The translations under genes and the position numbers were made by a program. The notes under the pieces are model-generated. The model was not told the DNA's origin and searched no databases. It saw only the letters and a list, made by a program, of their open reading frames with translations. A stretch of 48,306 bases of DNA from the NCBI GenBank assembly GCA_016939415.1, contig JAFGGZ010000054.1, forward strand, positions 1 through 48,306, in the 5' to 3' direction. Positions 19,241 to 27,156 of this stretch are shown here, piece by piece. This DNA is from Candidatus Iainarchaeum sp. (GTDB lineage: Archaea > B1Sed10-29 > WALL01). Positions within the stretch are counted from its first letter, which is position 1. The number at the start of each line of letters is the position of its first letter.

Positions 19241-19323
19241 AAAGGCCGGTGCGCTAGCGCGGAGCGCTACGCACGCCTTTTTCTTTGAACCCCAGGGCCT
19301 TTCTTTTTCGCGAAAAAGAAAGG
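19241..19323. terminator. Two inverted repeats between convergent acyP and tRNA-Leu
   Basis: Hairpin 19241-19280 and perfect 26-bp palindrome CCTTTCTTTTTCGCGAAAAAGAAAGG at 19298-19323. Confidence 0.5.
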
Positions 19324-19326
19324 GGC

Positions 19327-19444
19327 TGGTGCAGGGGAAGGGAGTCGAACCCTCGAAGGCACTAAGCCAATGGATCTTGAGTCCATTCCATTTCTGCGGA
19401 CGGAGGCGAAAAGCCGTGCCCGTTGACCACTCTGGAACCCCTGC
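19327..19444 (-). tRNA. tRNA-Leu(CAA) with a 31-nt D-loop intron (19394-19424) and encoded CCA
   Basis: Acceptor stem GCAGGGG/CCCCTGC-ACCA, anticodon arm ATGGA-CTCAAGA-TCCAT, long variable arm, T-loop TTCGACT; removing the intron restores D-arm CCAGAGTGGTCAAATGG. Confidence 0.93.
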
Positions 19445-19486
19445 AACGCAGTGATTATGCCAGCCGAGTATTAAAATGCTTTGCGC

Positions 19487-19594
19487 TCAACGCTCGTAAT
19501 CAGTGCAGTACTTGATTATTGTGCGGGCTTCGTCGTGCCGCATGCAGTACCAATCCTTCCGGTACTTGCAGTCAGCACAAAACCAATCCTCCAA
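19487..19594 (-). CDS. 35-aa Cys-rich microprotein (putative metal-binding)
   Basis: TTG start; MEDWFCADCKYRKDWYCMRHDEARTIIKYCTDYER; below the ORF-track cutoff. Confidence 0.6.
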   Translation of the reverse strand: MEDWFCADCKYRKDWYCMRHDEARTIIKYCTDYER

Positions 19595-19654
19595 CACCAA
19601 AACCCCCAAAAAGTCCGAACTAATTACGGCAACACCGTACTTAAAGATTTGGGT

Positions 19655-19951
19655 TCAATCGAACAACGCAATGCCTGCGGCGACGCCTGCTTCCTCTGCC
19701 TCGAAAGCGTTCTTCACGTTGTCGAACTCTTGGCCGGAAACCTCTTCCACGCCCTCGATCTCCAACTCCTTGCTGTGTTCCTCAAAAAACTCGTCAGAAG
19801 CGTTCACGTAAAGAAAGTACGCGTCCACGTTGATACCCATCGTCTTCGCATCCTGGAACTTGTATTCTATGCGAGCGAACGGGTCAGTCGCGATGACTGC
19901 CCTGACCTTGTGCTGGGCACTACCTAACACCTTGTATATCTTGACTGCCAT
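19655..19951 (-). CDS. Hypothetical acidic protein
   Basis: 98-aa ORF with natural composition, co-oriented with neighbours. Confidence 0.75.
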   Translation of the reverse strand: MAVKIYKVLGSAQHKVRAVIATDPFARIEYKFQDAKTMGINVDAYFLYVNASDEFFEEHSKELEIEGVEEVSGQEFDNVKNAFEAEEAGVAAGIALFD

Positions 19952-19992
19952 GCTGATCCCCGAACGATTGTCACCAAATTCATTAATAAGCT

Positions 19993-20358
19993 TTAGGGTT
20001 TTTCAATACCTGTCGGCTTGCGCACGCCCTCGCGCTTCCACGAATCCCCTGCGTACCGCGGGATCAAGTGGACGTGCACGTGAAAGATGCCCTGGCCGGC
20101 AGCGCGGCCGTTGTTCACGCCGACATTGAATCCTGCAGGAGCATACTCCCTGTCAATCAATTGCTTCGCTTCAACAAGCAGCGAGTAAATGCCACGCACT
20201 TCATCGCCGGAAAGCTCGAAGAAGTCCGTAACATGCCGCTTGGGAATGACGAGCATGTGCCCCCGAGTCACAGGGTTTATATCACGCACAGCGAACGCCA
20301 AGTCATTCTCCAAAACAACTTCTTCGTCCAGATCACAGAACGGACACGCCACGCGCAT
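19993..20358 (-). CDS. HIT family hydrolase
   Basis: CPFC, P...GH.LVIPKRH and AAGQ.IFHVHVHLIPR motifs. Confidence 0.95.
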   Translation of the reverse strand: MRVACPFCDLDEEVVLENDLAFAVRDINPVTRGHMLVIPKRHVTDFFELSGDEVRGIYSLLVEAKQLIDREYAPAGFNVGVNNGRAAGQGIFHVHVHLIPRYAGDSWKREGVRKPTGIEKP

Positions 20359-21110
20359 CAACCCCCGATGACGGCGCGCATGACCCACATGAAGGCAATG
20401 CCAGCCAGGAAAAGGACCATGATAGGCAAGGATTTGCGCAACTCCTTCTCCTTGTGCAGCTCGGGGATCAAGTCAGACGAAGCAATGTAGATGAAGCCTC
20501 CCGCAGCGAACGGCAGGAGCATGAACTCGATCCCGCTCACAATCCCGGAAGAATAGTAACCCACCAGCGCCCCGACCACTGCAGTCAAAGCAGACAAGAA
20601 ATTGAACACGAGCGCCTTCCGCAAGGAAAAGCCGCCGTACACGAGGACGCCGAAGTCACCCAGCTCCTGCGGGACCTCGTGCGCGACGACAGCGAACGTG
20701 GTTGCCACGCCGAGAGGGATGCTCGTCAAATAACTGGCTGCGATTATCAAGCCGTCTATGAAATTGTGCACGCTGTCGCCCACAAGGCTGAGGTAAGTGA
20801 ACGCGTGCACGTCACACGCCTCCTTGTGACAATGACGCCAATGGATAATTTTCTCAAGAAAGAAGAAAAAGACAATGCCGCCTATCACCAGCAGCGACAC
20901 AGAGTCCGACGAAGAAGCGTCAAGGGACTCGGGAATCAGGTGCAGGAAAGCGCCTCCCAGCAACGACCCGCTCGCGAATGCGACAAGCCACAGCAAGACA
21001 CTCCGGATAGTGGCCTTTCCCAGAACCAGCGTGGTGACGCCGACAAGCGACAGCGCACTCACAGCAAAAACGCTGATGAGTATGTACGATAAGGTCTCCA
21101 TGAGAATCAA
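20358..21110 (-). CDS. ZIP family metal transporter
   Basis: HNFIDG and HEVPQELGD motifs; HWRHCH loop. Confidence 0.95.
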   Translation of the reverse strand: MILMETLSYILISVFAVSALSLVGVTTLVLGKATIRSVLLWLVAFASGSLLGGAFLHLIPESLDASSSDSVSLLVIGGIVFFFFLEKIIHWRHCHKEACDVHAFTYLSLVGDSVHNFIDGLIIAASYLTSIPLGVATTFAVVAHEVPQELGDFGVLVYGGFSLRKALVFNFLSALTAVVGALVGYYSSGIVSGIEFMLLPFAAGGFIYIASSDLIPELHKEKELRKSLPIMVLFLAGIAFMWVMRAVIGG

Positions 21111-21154
21111 CGGTAATACGCGAACCGCTTATTTAACCCTGCCGAAAGACAGCG

Positions 21155-21499
21155 CTATTGCCGCTCCTCCTGACTCATCTCCTTGAACAGGTGGTACAGC
21201 TCGTTCCATGCAGCAAGGTACTGGTCCACAGCCTCTGCCCCAACCTCTGTCAGCTTGTACTCCTTCCTCCCGCCAACAACCCTTGCTGTCACAAGACCCT
21301 TCTTCTGCATGCGTCTCAGCAAAGGATAAAGACTGCCTGACTTGGCAGTCCACACGCCAGGCATCTTCCTCGTCAGCTTCTTCATCACGGCGTAACCATG
21401 CATCGGACCCTTCCGCAGGCTGAGCAGGACCAGGAACTCAAGGCGGCTTATCTTATGGGTGGGTTTGGACCTGACGAGGGATAGTATATCAAATTTCAT
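21155..21499 (-). CDS. PadR family transcriptional regulator
   Basis: PMHGY, GSLYPLL..M...GLV and RK.YKLT..G motifs. Confidence 0.93.
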   Translation of the reverse strand: MKFDILSLVRSKPTHKISRLEFLVLLSLRKGPMHGYAVMKKLTRKMPGVWTAKSGSLYPLLRRMQKKGLVTARVVGGRKEYKLTEVGAEAVDQYLAAWNELYHLFKEMSQEERQ

Positions 21500-21642
21500 G
21501 GAAAAACCTACACATGTATTTTGTCTATATGTAGATACACTACACTTATAAATAGCCGATGGTTGGTATGGTAAATCACTAGAAACAACGCACCCACAGA
21601 GCGGGACGTGGTTTCATGTATTTCACAAGAGGTGTATCACCA

Positions 21643-21669
21643 ATGAAGCCAAAGGCAAAGAAGGAGTAA
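21643..21669 (+). CDS. Putative 8-aa basic micropeptide MKPKAKKE (unit 1)
   Basis: GAGGTG RBS at 21629 and TATA at 21546; paralogous copy at 21927. Confidence 0.5.
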   Translation: MKPKAKKE

Positions 21670-21726
21670 TTTTCATCTGAAAACGGGGGCGCTAGGCGCC
21701 CCCCAATCTTCTATTGAAGTAGTTAT

Positions 21727-21810
21727 ATGTTCGACGGCGACGATTGGGATGACACAGACGACGGCCAAAAAGAGTTGCCGAAAAGAAATGTGGTTATGTA
21801 TCTTTTTTAG
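21727..21810 (+). CDS. Putative acidic micropeptide MFDGDDWDDTDDGQKELPKRNVVMYLF (unit 1, possibly degenerate)
   Basis: Shares WDDTDD with 22006-22083; weak RBS. Confidence 0.35.
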   Translation: MFDGDDWDDTDDGQKELPKRNVVMYLF

Positions 21811-21926
21811 AGATAGGTACACCATATTTATAAATATCCCTTATTAGGTATCATATGCACGCCGGAAACACGCACTCCCGAAAGAGTGCATGATTCAGCG
21901 TAATCCTGAAAGAGGTGTGACACCAA

Positions 21927-21953
21927 ATGAAACCAGCAAAGAAGAAGAAGTAA
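21927..21953 (+). CDS. Putative 8-aa basic micropeptide MKPAKKKK (unit 2)
   Basis: GAGGTG RBS at 21912 and TATA at 21828; same spacing as unit 1. Confidence 0.5.
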   Translation: MKPAKKKK

Positions 21954-22005
21954 TCCTAATAAACCACAAGAACAACAAACAAAGCCACCATCTTGAGGTG
22001 ATATC

Positions 22006-22083
22006 ATGACCAAGATGTACATTAAGAATTACGACGATGACGACGATGATGACAATTGGGACGACACAGACGATGATGACTAA
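22006..22083 (+). CDS. Putative 25-aa poly-Asp micropeptide MTKMYIKNYDDDDDDDNWDDTDDDD (unit 2)
   Basis: Strong GAGGTGAT RBS; mixed GAC/GAT codons; followed by GC hairpin 22096-22115. Confidence 0.6.
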   Translation: MTKMYIKNYDDDDDDDNWDDTDDDD

Positions 22084-22170
22084 TAAAAAAAACACGGCGG
22101 CCGGCAGAGGCCGCCCATTCCCTCCTTCTGAAGAGAACGCTTTTATTCTCTGGCTCAGTAACATGCATGG

Positions 22171-23526
22171 ATGAAGAAAGGGTTATCTGAGATCATTGCA
22201 GTAGTAATACTCGTAGCAATAGCAGTGATCGGCTCTGTCGCAGCATACTACTGGCTCGGCGGCATGTTCTCAAAGCAGCCTGCTCCCAGGATACCGACAC
22301 CGCTTTCAGCAGTCCCTGCGGACGCGCACGCAGGATACCTGTACGTCATCCTCGTCAATTTGGGGAACCAGCAGATCCCGGTAGGCAGCACGCTCCTGGT
22401 CGCGGAGAATAGCGCTGAAGCAATCCTCTCCGAACCGATTCTACCCGGAAACCAGCAGCTGATCGTGTTCTGGGGGAGGTACGACAAGCAGGACGGGTAC
22501 AAGGGGTTCGAGAAGCAGGCAACCATCTACGAGCTGACAACAGGCTCTTCCTCCCCGCCGATCGCGCTCTCCACAGTCGAGGCGCACGAGGCAACAGCCT
22601 ACGAAGTCGGCAGCGCCGAAGGGTTCGAGCCAAGCATGAGCACGGTCGAAGACAACAACAATGTCTTGTGGATAGCGTTCACGTCAAACCAGTCCATCGG
22701 CAGCCACGACATATGGATAATGAACTCCACGGACGGCATGAACTGGAACACGCCGTACCAGATAGCGACGCAGGGTATTCTCGTGCAAGAGGACTCGCCT
22801 TACCTAGAGTACAACGGAACGTTCTACGTCCTGTACAGGTCAGCGTACGCAGGGAACAAGCTGCGGATGACAAAATCCAACAACGGCCAAACATGGACAA
22901 CGCCCGCACAGACGAACGTGCCGTGGACTGACCCGGACCCGAATGATTACGAGTACACGCCTGAGAACAAGCGAGGATTCTCATTCATCATCAATGACGA
23001 GGGACTGTTCTGGCTCGCGTACATAAACGGCAGCAGCGTGGTTGTTAGGAACTCGACAGACGCAGTGACGTGGAATCCGGAGATCACTGTGAACGACTCC
23101 GCCAGCCCCGGAAAAGTCTCGCTCATGCAAGACAATTCAGGGACGTACTGGGTTGCGTACGTCGGCGCTGACAACACGACGATAGAAGTAAGCAGCTCGG
23201 GCGACGCGCACTCGTGGAGCGCTTCGGCAATAGTCTCTGATGAGGACTTCGGCGAGGCATGCACTGGACCGGCAATCATCCAGGACAGCAACAGCAACTA
23301 TTTCCTGTTCACCGACCAGAGCGGCTCGTGCACAGACATGTTCGTGCAGGCATCGCGGGACGGAGTGCAGTGGAGCAGGGCTTCCTGGCTGCCGAACGCA
23401 ACCGCATCAGACCGCCACCCATCAGCAATGCAGGACTCTCAAGGCGTTTACCGCATGGCTTTCGCTGACGCTGACAGCATCCACGTGCGCAGCAGCACAG
23501 ACCCGATGATATGGGCCAGCACGTGA
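22171..23526 (+). CDS. Type IV pilin/archaellin-like N-terminus fused to a BNR/Asp-box beta-propeller (putative adhesin)
   Basis: Class III signal MKKG/LSEIIAVVILVAI; repeated S.DG.TW-like Asp-boxes; many N-x-S/T sequons. Confidence 0.8.
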   Translation: MKKGLSEIIAVVILVAIAVIGSVAAYYWLGGMFSKQPAPRIPTPLSAVPADAHAGYLYVILVNLGNQQIPVGSTLLVAENSAEAILSEPILPGNQQLIVFWGRYDKQDGYKGFEKQATIYELTTGSSSPPIALSTVEAHEATAYEVGSAEGFEPSMSTVEDNNNVLWIAFTSNQSIGSHDIWIMNSTDGMNWNTPYQIATQGILVQEDSPYLEYNGTFYVLYRSAYAGNKLRMTKSNNGQTWTTPAQTNVPWTDPDPNDYEYTPENKRGFSFIINDEGLFWLAYINGSSVVVRNSTDAVTWNPEITVNDSASPGKVSLMQDNSGTYWVAYVGADNTTIEVSSSGDAHSWSASAIVSDEDFGEACTGPAIIQDSNSNYFLFTDQSGSCTDMFVQASRDGVQWSRASWLPNATASDRHPSAMQDSQGVYRMAFADADSIHVRSSTDPMIWAST

Positions 23527-23530
23527 GGCG

Positions 23531-23767
23531 ATGGATTGGATGGACGTTTTCCCGAAACACGCGAACAAGGAAGAGCGCGGCGTCATGGCTTTCCTAGCGT
23601 TTCTCGCGGCCGCAGTGCTTTCTGCGGAAGTCGTGTTCGTCCTGTTCTTCGAGACCGACGCGCTGACAGCGCTTCACTTCTTCATCGCGAGCATCGCCGT
23701 CCTCTTCGCGGTGCTCACTGCCATGCTGGCCATCGTGGTGAGGATTCTCTTGAGGCGCGGCAGATGA
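23531..23767 (+). CDS. Small two-TM membrane protein
   Basis: Two hydrophobic helices; GAGG RBS. Confidence 0.65.
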   Translation: MDWMDVFPKHANKEERGVMAFLAFLAAAVLSAEVVFVLFFETDALTALHFFIASIAVLFAVLTAMLAIVVRILLRRGR

Positions 23768-23803
23768 ATGGCAGCTATTAATACACTACATGAGTGATGA
23801 CGC

Positions 23804-24799
23804 ATGATGGGCAGCACAATTGTGGAAATCCGGTCGCTCACGAAGCGGTTCGGCAAGCTCACTGCAGTGGACGCAATGAACCTGGACATACAGGAGGGAG
23901 AGATATTCGGCTTGCTGGGGCCTAATGGCGCTGGGAAGACCACGACCATATCCATGCTGTCCACAACCCTCGCGCCCACCTCAGGGAAAGCGCTTGTCGC
24001 CAGACACGATGTCGTCAGGGAGCAGGATGCTGTGCGCGGCGCGATAGGTATAGTGTTCCAGGGCCAGTCACTCGACACGGAGCTGACGGCCTACGAAAAC
24101 CTCGATTTCCACGCGCGATTGTATGCAGTGGGGGATAAGGAAACGAGGATCAAGGAGATGCTGGAACTGGTCGGCCTGCACAAGAACCGCGATACCCTGG
24201 TCAAAAACTTTTCCGGAGGGATGAAGCGCAGGCTCGAGATCGCGAGAGGACTCCTGCACAAGCCGAAAGTCCTGTTCCTCGACGAGCCAACCTTGGGCTT
24301 GGATCCGCAGACACGCAGGCACATATGGGAATACGTGAAAAGGATAAACAGAGAGGATGGAGTAACCATCCTGCTGACAACCCATTACATGGAAGAAGCC
24401 GACTATCTCTGCGGCGGGGTGGCGATCATAGACTACGGAAGGATAATATCGTTGGATGAGCCGCAGAAGCTGAAGTCCCGGCTCGGCGAGACTGTTCTCG
24501 ACTTCCATGTGTCTGACGCTGACGCATTCTGCGGACTACTCAAGAAAAACAAGTGCAAGACAAAGAAGTCTGCTGTAGGCGGGCGCGTGCAGGTCGTGTC
24601 ATCTGACGGCGAGGAACTCCTGCCGAAGCTCGTGTCGCTAGCTGAGAGGAACGGCGTTCAGGTGAAGGGCGTCTCCATGCACTCGTCAACGCTGGAAGAC
24701 GTGTTCATGCAACTCACAGGGCGGACCATACGCGATGAGGCAGGCAACGAGAAGGAAACGCTTAGGCAGCGTTTCAGGGCCATGGAGGCGAAACGATGA
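23804..24799 (+). CDS. ABC exporter ATP-binding subunit (DrrA-like)
   Basis: GPNGAGKTT, FSGGMKRR, LFLDEPT and TTHYMEEA motifs. Confidence 0.96.
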   Translation: MMGSTIVEIRSLTKRFGKLTAVDAMNLDIQEGEIFGLLGPNGAGKTTTISMLSTTLAPTSGKALVARHDVVREQDAVRGAIGIVFQGQSLDTELTAYENLDFHARLYAVGDKETRIKEMLELVGLHKNRDTLVKNFSGGMKRRLEIARGLLHKPKVLFLDEPTLGLDPQTRRHIWEYVKRINREDGVTILLTTHYMEEADYLCGGVAIIDYGRIISLDEPQKLKSRLGETVLDFHVSDADAFCGLLKKNKCKTKKSAVGGRVQVVSSDGEELLPKLVSLAERNGVQVKGVSMHSSTLEDVFMQLTGRTIRDEAGNEKETLRQRFRAMEAKR

Positions 24800-25542
24800 G
24801 GGGAGTGTATACTATATGGCTGCGGGAGACGCTGAGGTTCGTCCGCAACAAGAGCAGGCTCGTCGGCAGCATGGGCATGCCGCTGTTCTTCCTGCTGTTC
24901 ATGGGGACTGGCATCGGATCAGTTATCGGGGACAGTGCCGGGGGAGGTTACACGCAGTTCATGGCGCCGGGCGTGCTCGGGATGATGCTGCTGTTCGGCT
25001 CCGTGTTCTCCGGCCTGAACGTCGTGTTCGACAAGCAGTTCGGCTTCATGAAGGAGATGCTTGTCGCGCCCATCTCGCGCGAGGCCATCGTCCTCGGCAA
25101 GGCCTTGGGCGGCGCTACTGCAGCCATGCTCCAGGCAGTGATCCTGCTCGCGCTCGTGTACGCGTTCGGCGTCCTGGAATTCAACGTTGTTTCCCTGGCA
25201 CTGCTCATTCCTGTAATGTTCCTCATTTCCGTGGGATTCGTGTGCGTGGGAGTGGCCTTCGCGAGCAAGCTGGATGATCCGCACGGGTTCCAGCTCATCA
25301 TGAACTTCCTCATCATGCCCTTGTTCTTCCTGTCGACAGCGTTCTTCCCGCTGGATAACCTGCCGCCATGGCTGAAGACGCTGTCCCTGCTCGACCCGCT
25401 GACGTACGGCGTGGACGCCATGAGAAGCATCCTCGTGGGGCAAGCAGCGTTCCCGCTATGGGTCGACGTGGCAGTGCTGGCCGGGTTCAGCACCCTCGCT
25501 GTATTAGTGGGGGCGCGCCTGTTCAAGGACATGAAACTGTAA
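24796..25542 (+). CDS. ABC-2 type permease (DrrB-like)
   Basis: G.MKEMLVAP and P.TY.VD..R motifs; 6 TM helices; ATGA overlap with the ATPase. Confidence 0.94.
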   Translation: MRGVYTIWLRETLRFVRNKSRLVGSMGMPLFFLLFMGTGIGSVIGDSAGGGYTQFMAPGVLGMMLLFGSVFSGLNVVFDKQFGFMKEMLVAPISREAIVLGKALGGATAAMLQAVILLALVYAFGVLEFNVVSLALLIPVMFLISVGFVCVGVAFASKLDDPHGFQLIMNFLIMPLFFLSTAFFPLDNLPPWLKTLSLLDPLTYGVDAMRSILVGQAAFPLWVDVAVLAGFSTLAVLVGARLFKDMKL

Positions 25543-25586
25543 GAACCTGCAAAAGCTTTTTATGCTAAAGCCGAGAAGACCATGTG

Positions 25587-25976
25587 ATGAAACCGGAGCA
25601 GAAGACAGCCGAAAGCGAAAAAGAAGAGAACGACAACTACGTGTTCATCGTGCTGGTGTTCGTGCTCGCACTCTCGTTCGTATTCCTGTTCCTCGCGTAC
25701 CAGCCGAGCGACCAGCCGCAAGACACAGAAAACGTCACAGTCAAGGAGCCGCCAGCCAGGATCGAGGATATCGTGATCAAGCCCATCGAGCAGATTATCT
25801 TGCCTCAGGAAAAGCAGCGCATTGAAACACGGCTGACGTGCAGCGGACAGGTTCATGACAGCAAGACCTACGCAGAGCACGAGTGCCTGGCAAAGTGCGC
25901 GGACAACGGCATGGCAGTGGAACTGGTTTCGTGCAACCTGGACACTGGGCTGTGGCTCTGCCACTGCACGGGATGA
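25587..25976 (+). CDS. Single-TM anchored protein with a C-terminal six-Cys domain
   Basis: TM helix near the N-terminus; C-x14-C-x3-C-x11-C-x8-C-x-C at the C-terminus. Confidence 0.7.
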   Translation: MKPEQKTAESEKEENDNYVFIVLVFVLALSFVFLFLAYQPSDQPQDTENVTVKEPPARIEDIVIKPIEQIILPQEKQRIETRLTCSGQVHDSKTYAEHECLAKCADNGMAVELVSCNLDTGLWLCHCTG

Positions 25977-26014
25977 AGCAACGCTTATTTACGTCAAGGC
26001 ACAGAAACAGTGGC

Positions 26015-26716
26015 ATGCGATTGGGCTCATTGTTCTCCGGAGGCAAGGACTCTGCGTTCGCTGCGTGGAAAGCCATGCAGGACCACGATGTCGTGTGCCT
26101 CGTATCCATCGTGTCCGGGAACAGGTTCAGCTACATGTTCCACACCCCCAACATACACCTCACAGGACTACAAGCTGAGGCCGCCGGACTGCCCCTCGTT
26201 CGCGGCAGCACAAGAGGCGTGAAAGAAGAAGAGCTTGAAGACCTCAAGGACGCGATCAGGAAAGCGATGGAAGAGTTCGGCATAGAAGGCGTCGTCACCG
26301 GAGCAGTCGCTTCCAACTACCAGGCCCAGCGCATCCAGCGCATCTGCGACGAGCTGGGGTTGGAGTGCGTGAACCCGTTGTGGATGATGGATCAGGAGAA
26401 GGTCTTGATGGGCGTGATTGAGAACGGCTTCGAGGCCATCATAACCGGCATCTTCGCAGAACCCCTAACAGAAGAGTGGTTGGGGAGAAGGCTCGACAAA
26501 AGCGCTGCGAGAGACCTTTTGAAGCTCAGGGCGAGCCACAGCGTGAGCCCGACCGGCGAGGGAGGGGAGTTCGAGACCACTGTCCTGGATGCGCCGTTCT
26601 TCAGGAAGCGCATCGAAGTCATTGAAGCCGAGAAGCAGATGATCGGCGAGAACAGCGGCGTGTTCGTGATAAAGAAAGCGCGGCTGGCCATAGCACGCTC
26701 AGAGCGGAAGATTTAA
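26015..26716 (+). CDS. dph6: Diphthine--ammonia ligase (Dph6/MJ0570 family)
   Basis: LFSGGKDS, SYMFH, GA..S.YQ and GEGGEFET motifs. Confidence 0.92.
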   Translation: MRLGSLFSGGKDSAFAAWKAMQDHDVVCLVSIVSGNRFSYMFHTPNIHLTGLQAEAAGLPLVRGSTRGVKEEELEDLKDAIRKAMEEFGIEGVVTGAVASNYQAQRIQRICDELGLECVNPLWMMDQEKVLMGVIENGFEAIITGIFAEPLTEEWLGRRLDKSAARDLLKLRASHSVSPTGEGGEFETTVLDAPFFRKRIEVIEAEKQMIGENSGVFVIKKARLAIARSERKI

Positions 26717-26838
26717 ATACTATCTCGCCAGAAATCTGGTTATAAGGTAGATTCTTTTTGAAACCTACTGAGGGCAGCTTTACTGCTTCTCCCGGTTTTT
26801 TCAAAAAGCCATTACCGAGTTTAATAAGAGGTGAACAT

Positions 26839-27045
26839 ATGAGTTACGGAGAGAGGAACTACGACCAACCCCGCGAGATGTACAAGACAACGTGCTCTGA
26901 ATGCGGCAAGGAATGCGAAGTTCCCTTCAAGCCCACCGAAGGTAGGCCCGTCTACTGCAAGGACTGCTACGCAAAACACAGACCTCCGCGCAGGCAAGGC
27001 GGCGGCGGTGGCGGCGGACACAGGCACAGACGAGAAGATTACTAA
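26839..27045 (+). CDS. CxxC-x17-CxxC zinc-ribbon protein
   Basis: REMYKTTCSECGKECEVPFKPTEGRPVYCKDC; GAGGTGA RBS. Confidence 0.92.
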   Translation: MSYGERNYDQPREMYKTTCSECGKECEVPFKPTEGRPVYCKDCYAKHRPPRRQGGGGGGGHRHRREDY

Positions 27046-27156
27046 AGACTTGGGAATGGCTTGTAACTAAACCGGGGGAGTGGGAAAAACCCTTCCCCCC
27101 AAAAAAACTCAATTTTTCGGCGTAGAGCGTCAGCGCTCTCACAATGCTCTTGTGTC

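Noticed and set aside
21828..22164. Minus-strand hydrophobic ORFs in the ORF track
   Set aside because: They are the antisense of poly-Asp/Lys codons; TATA and RBS signals are on the + strand
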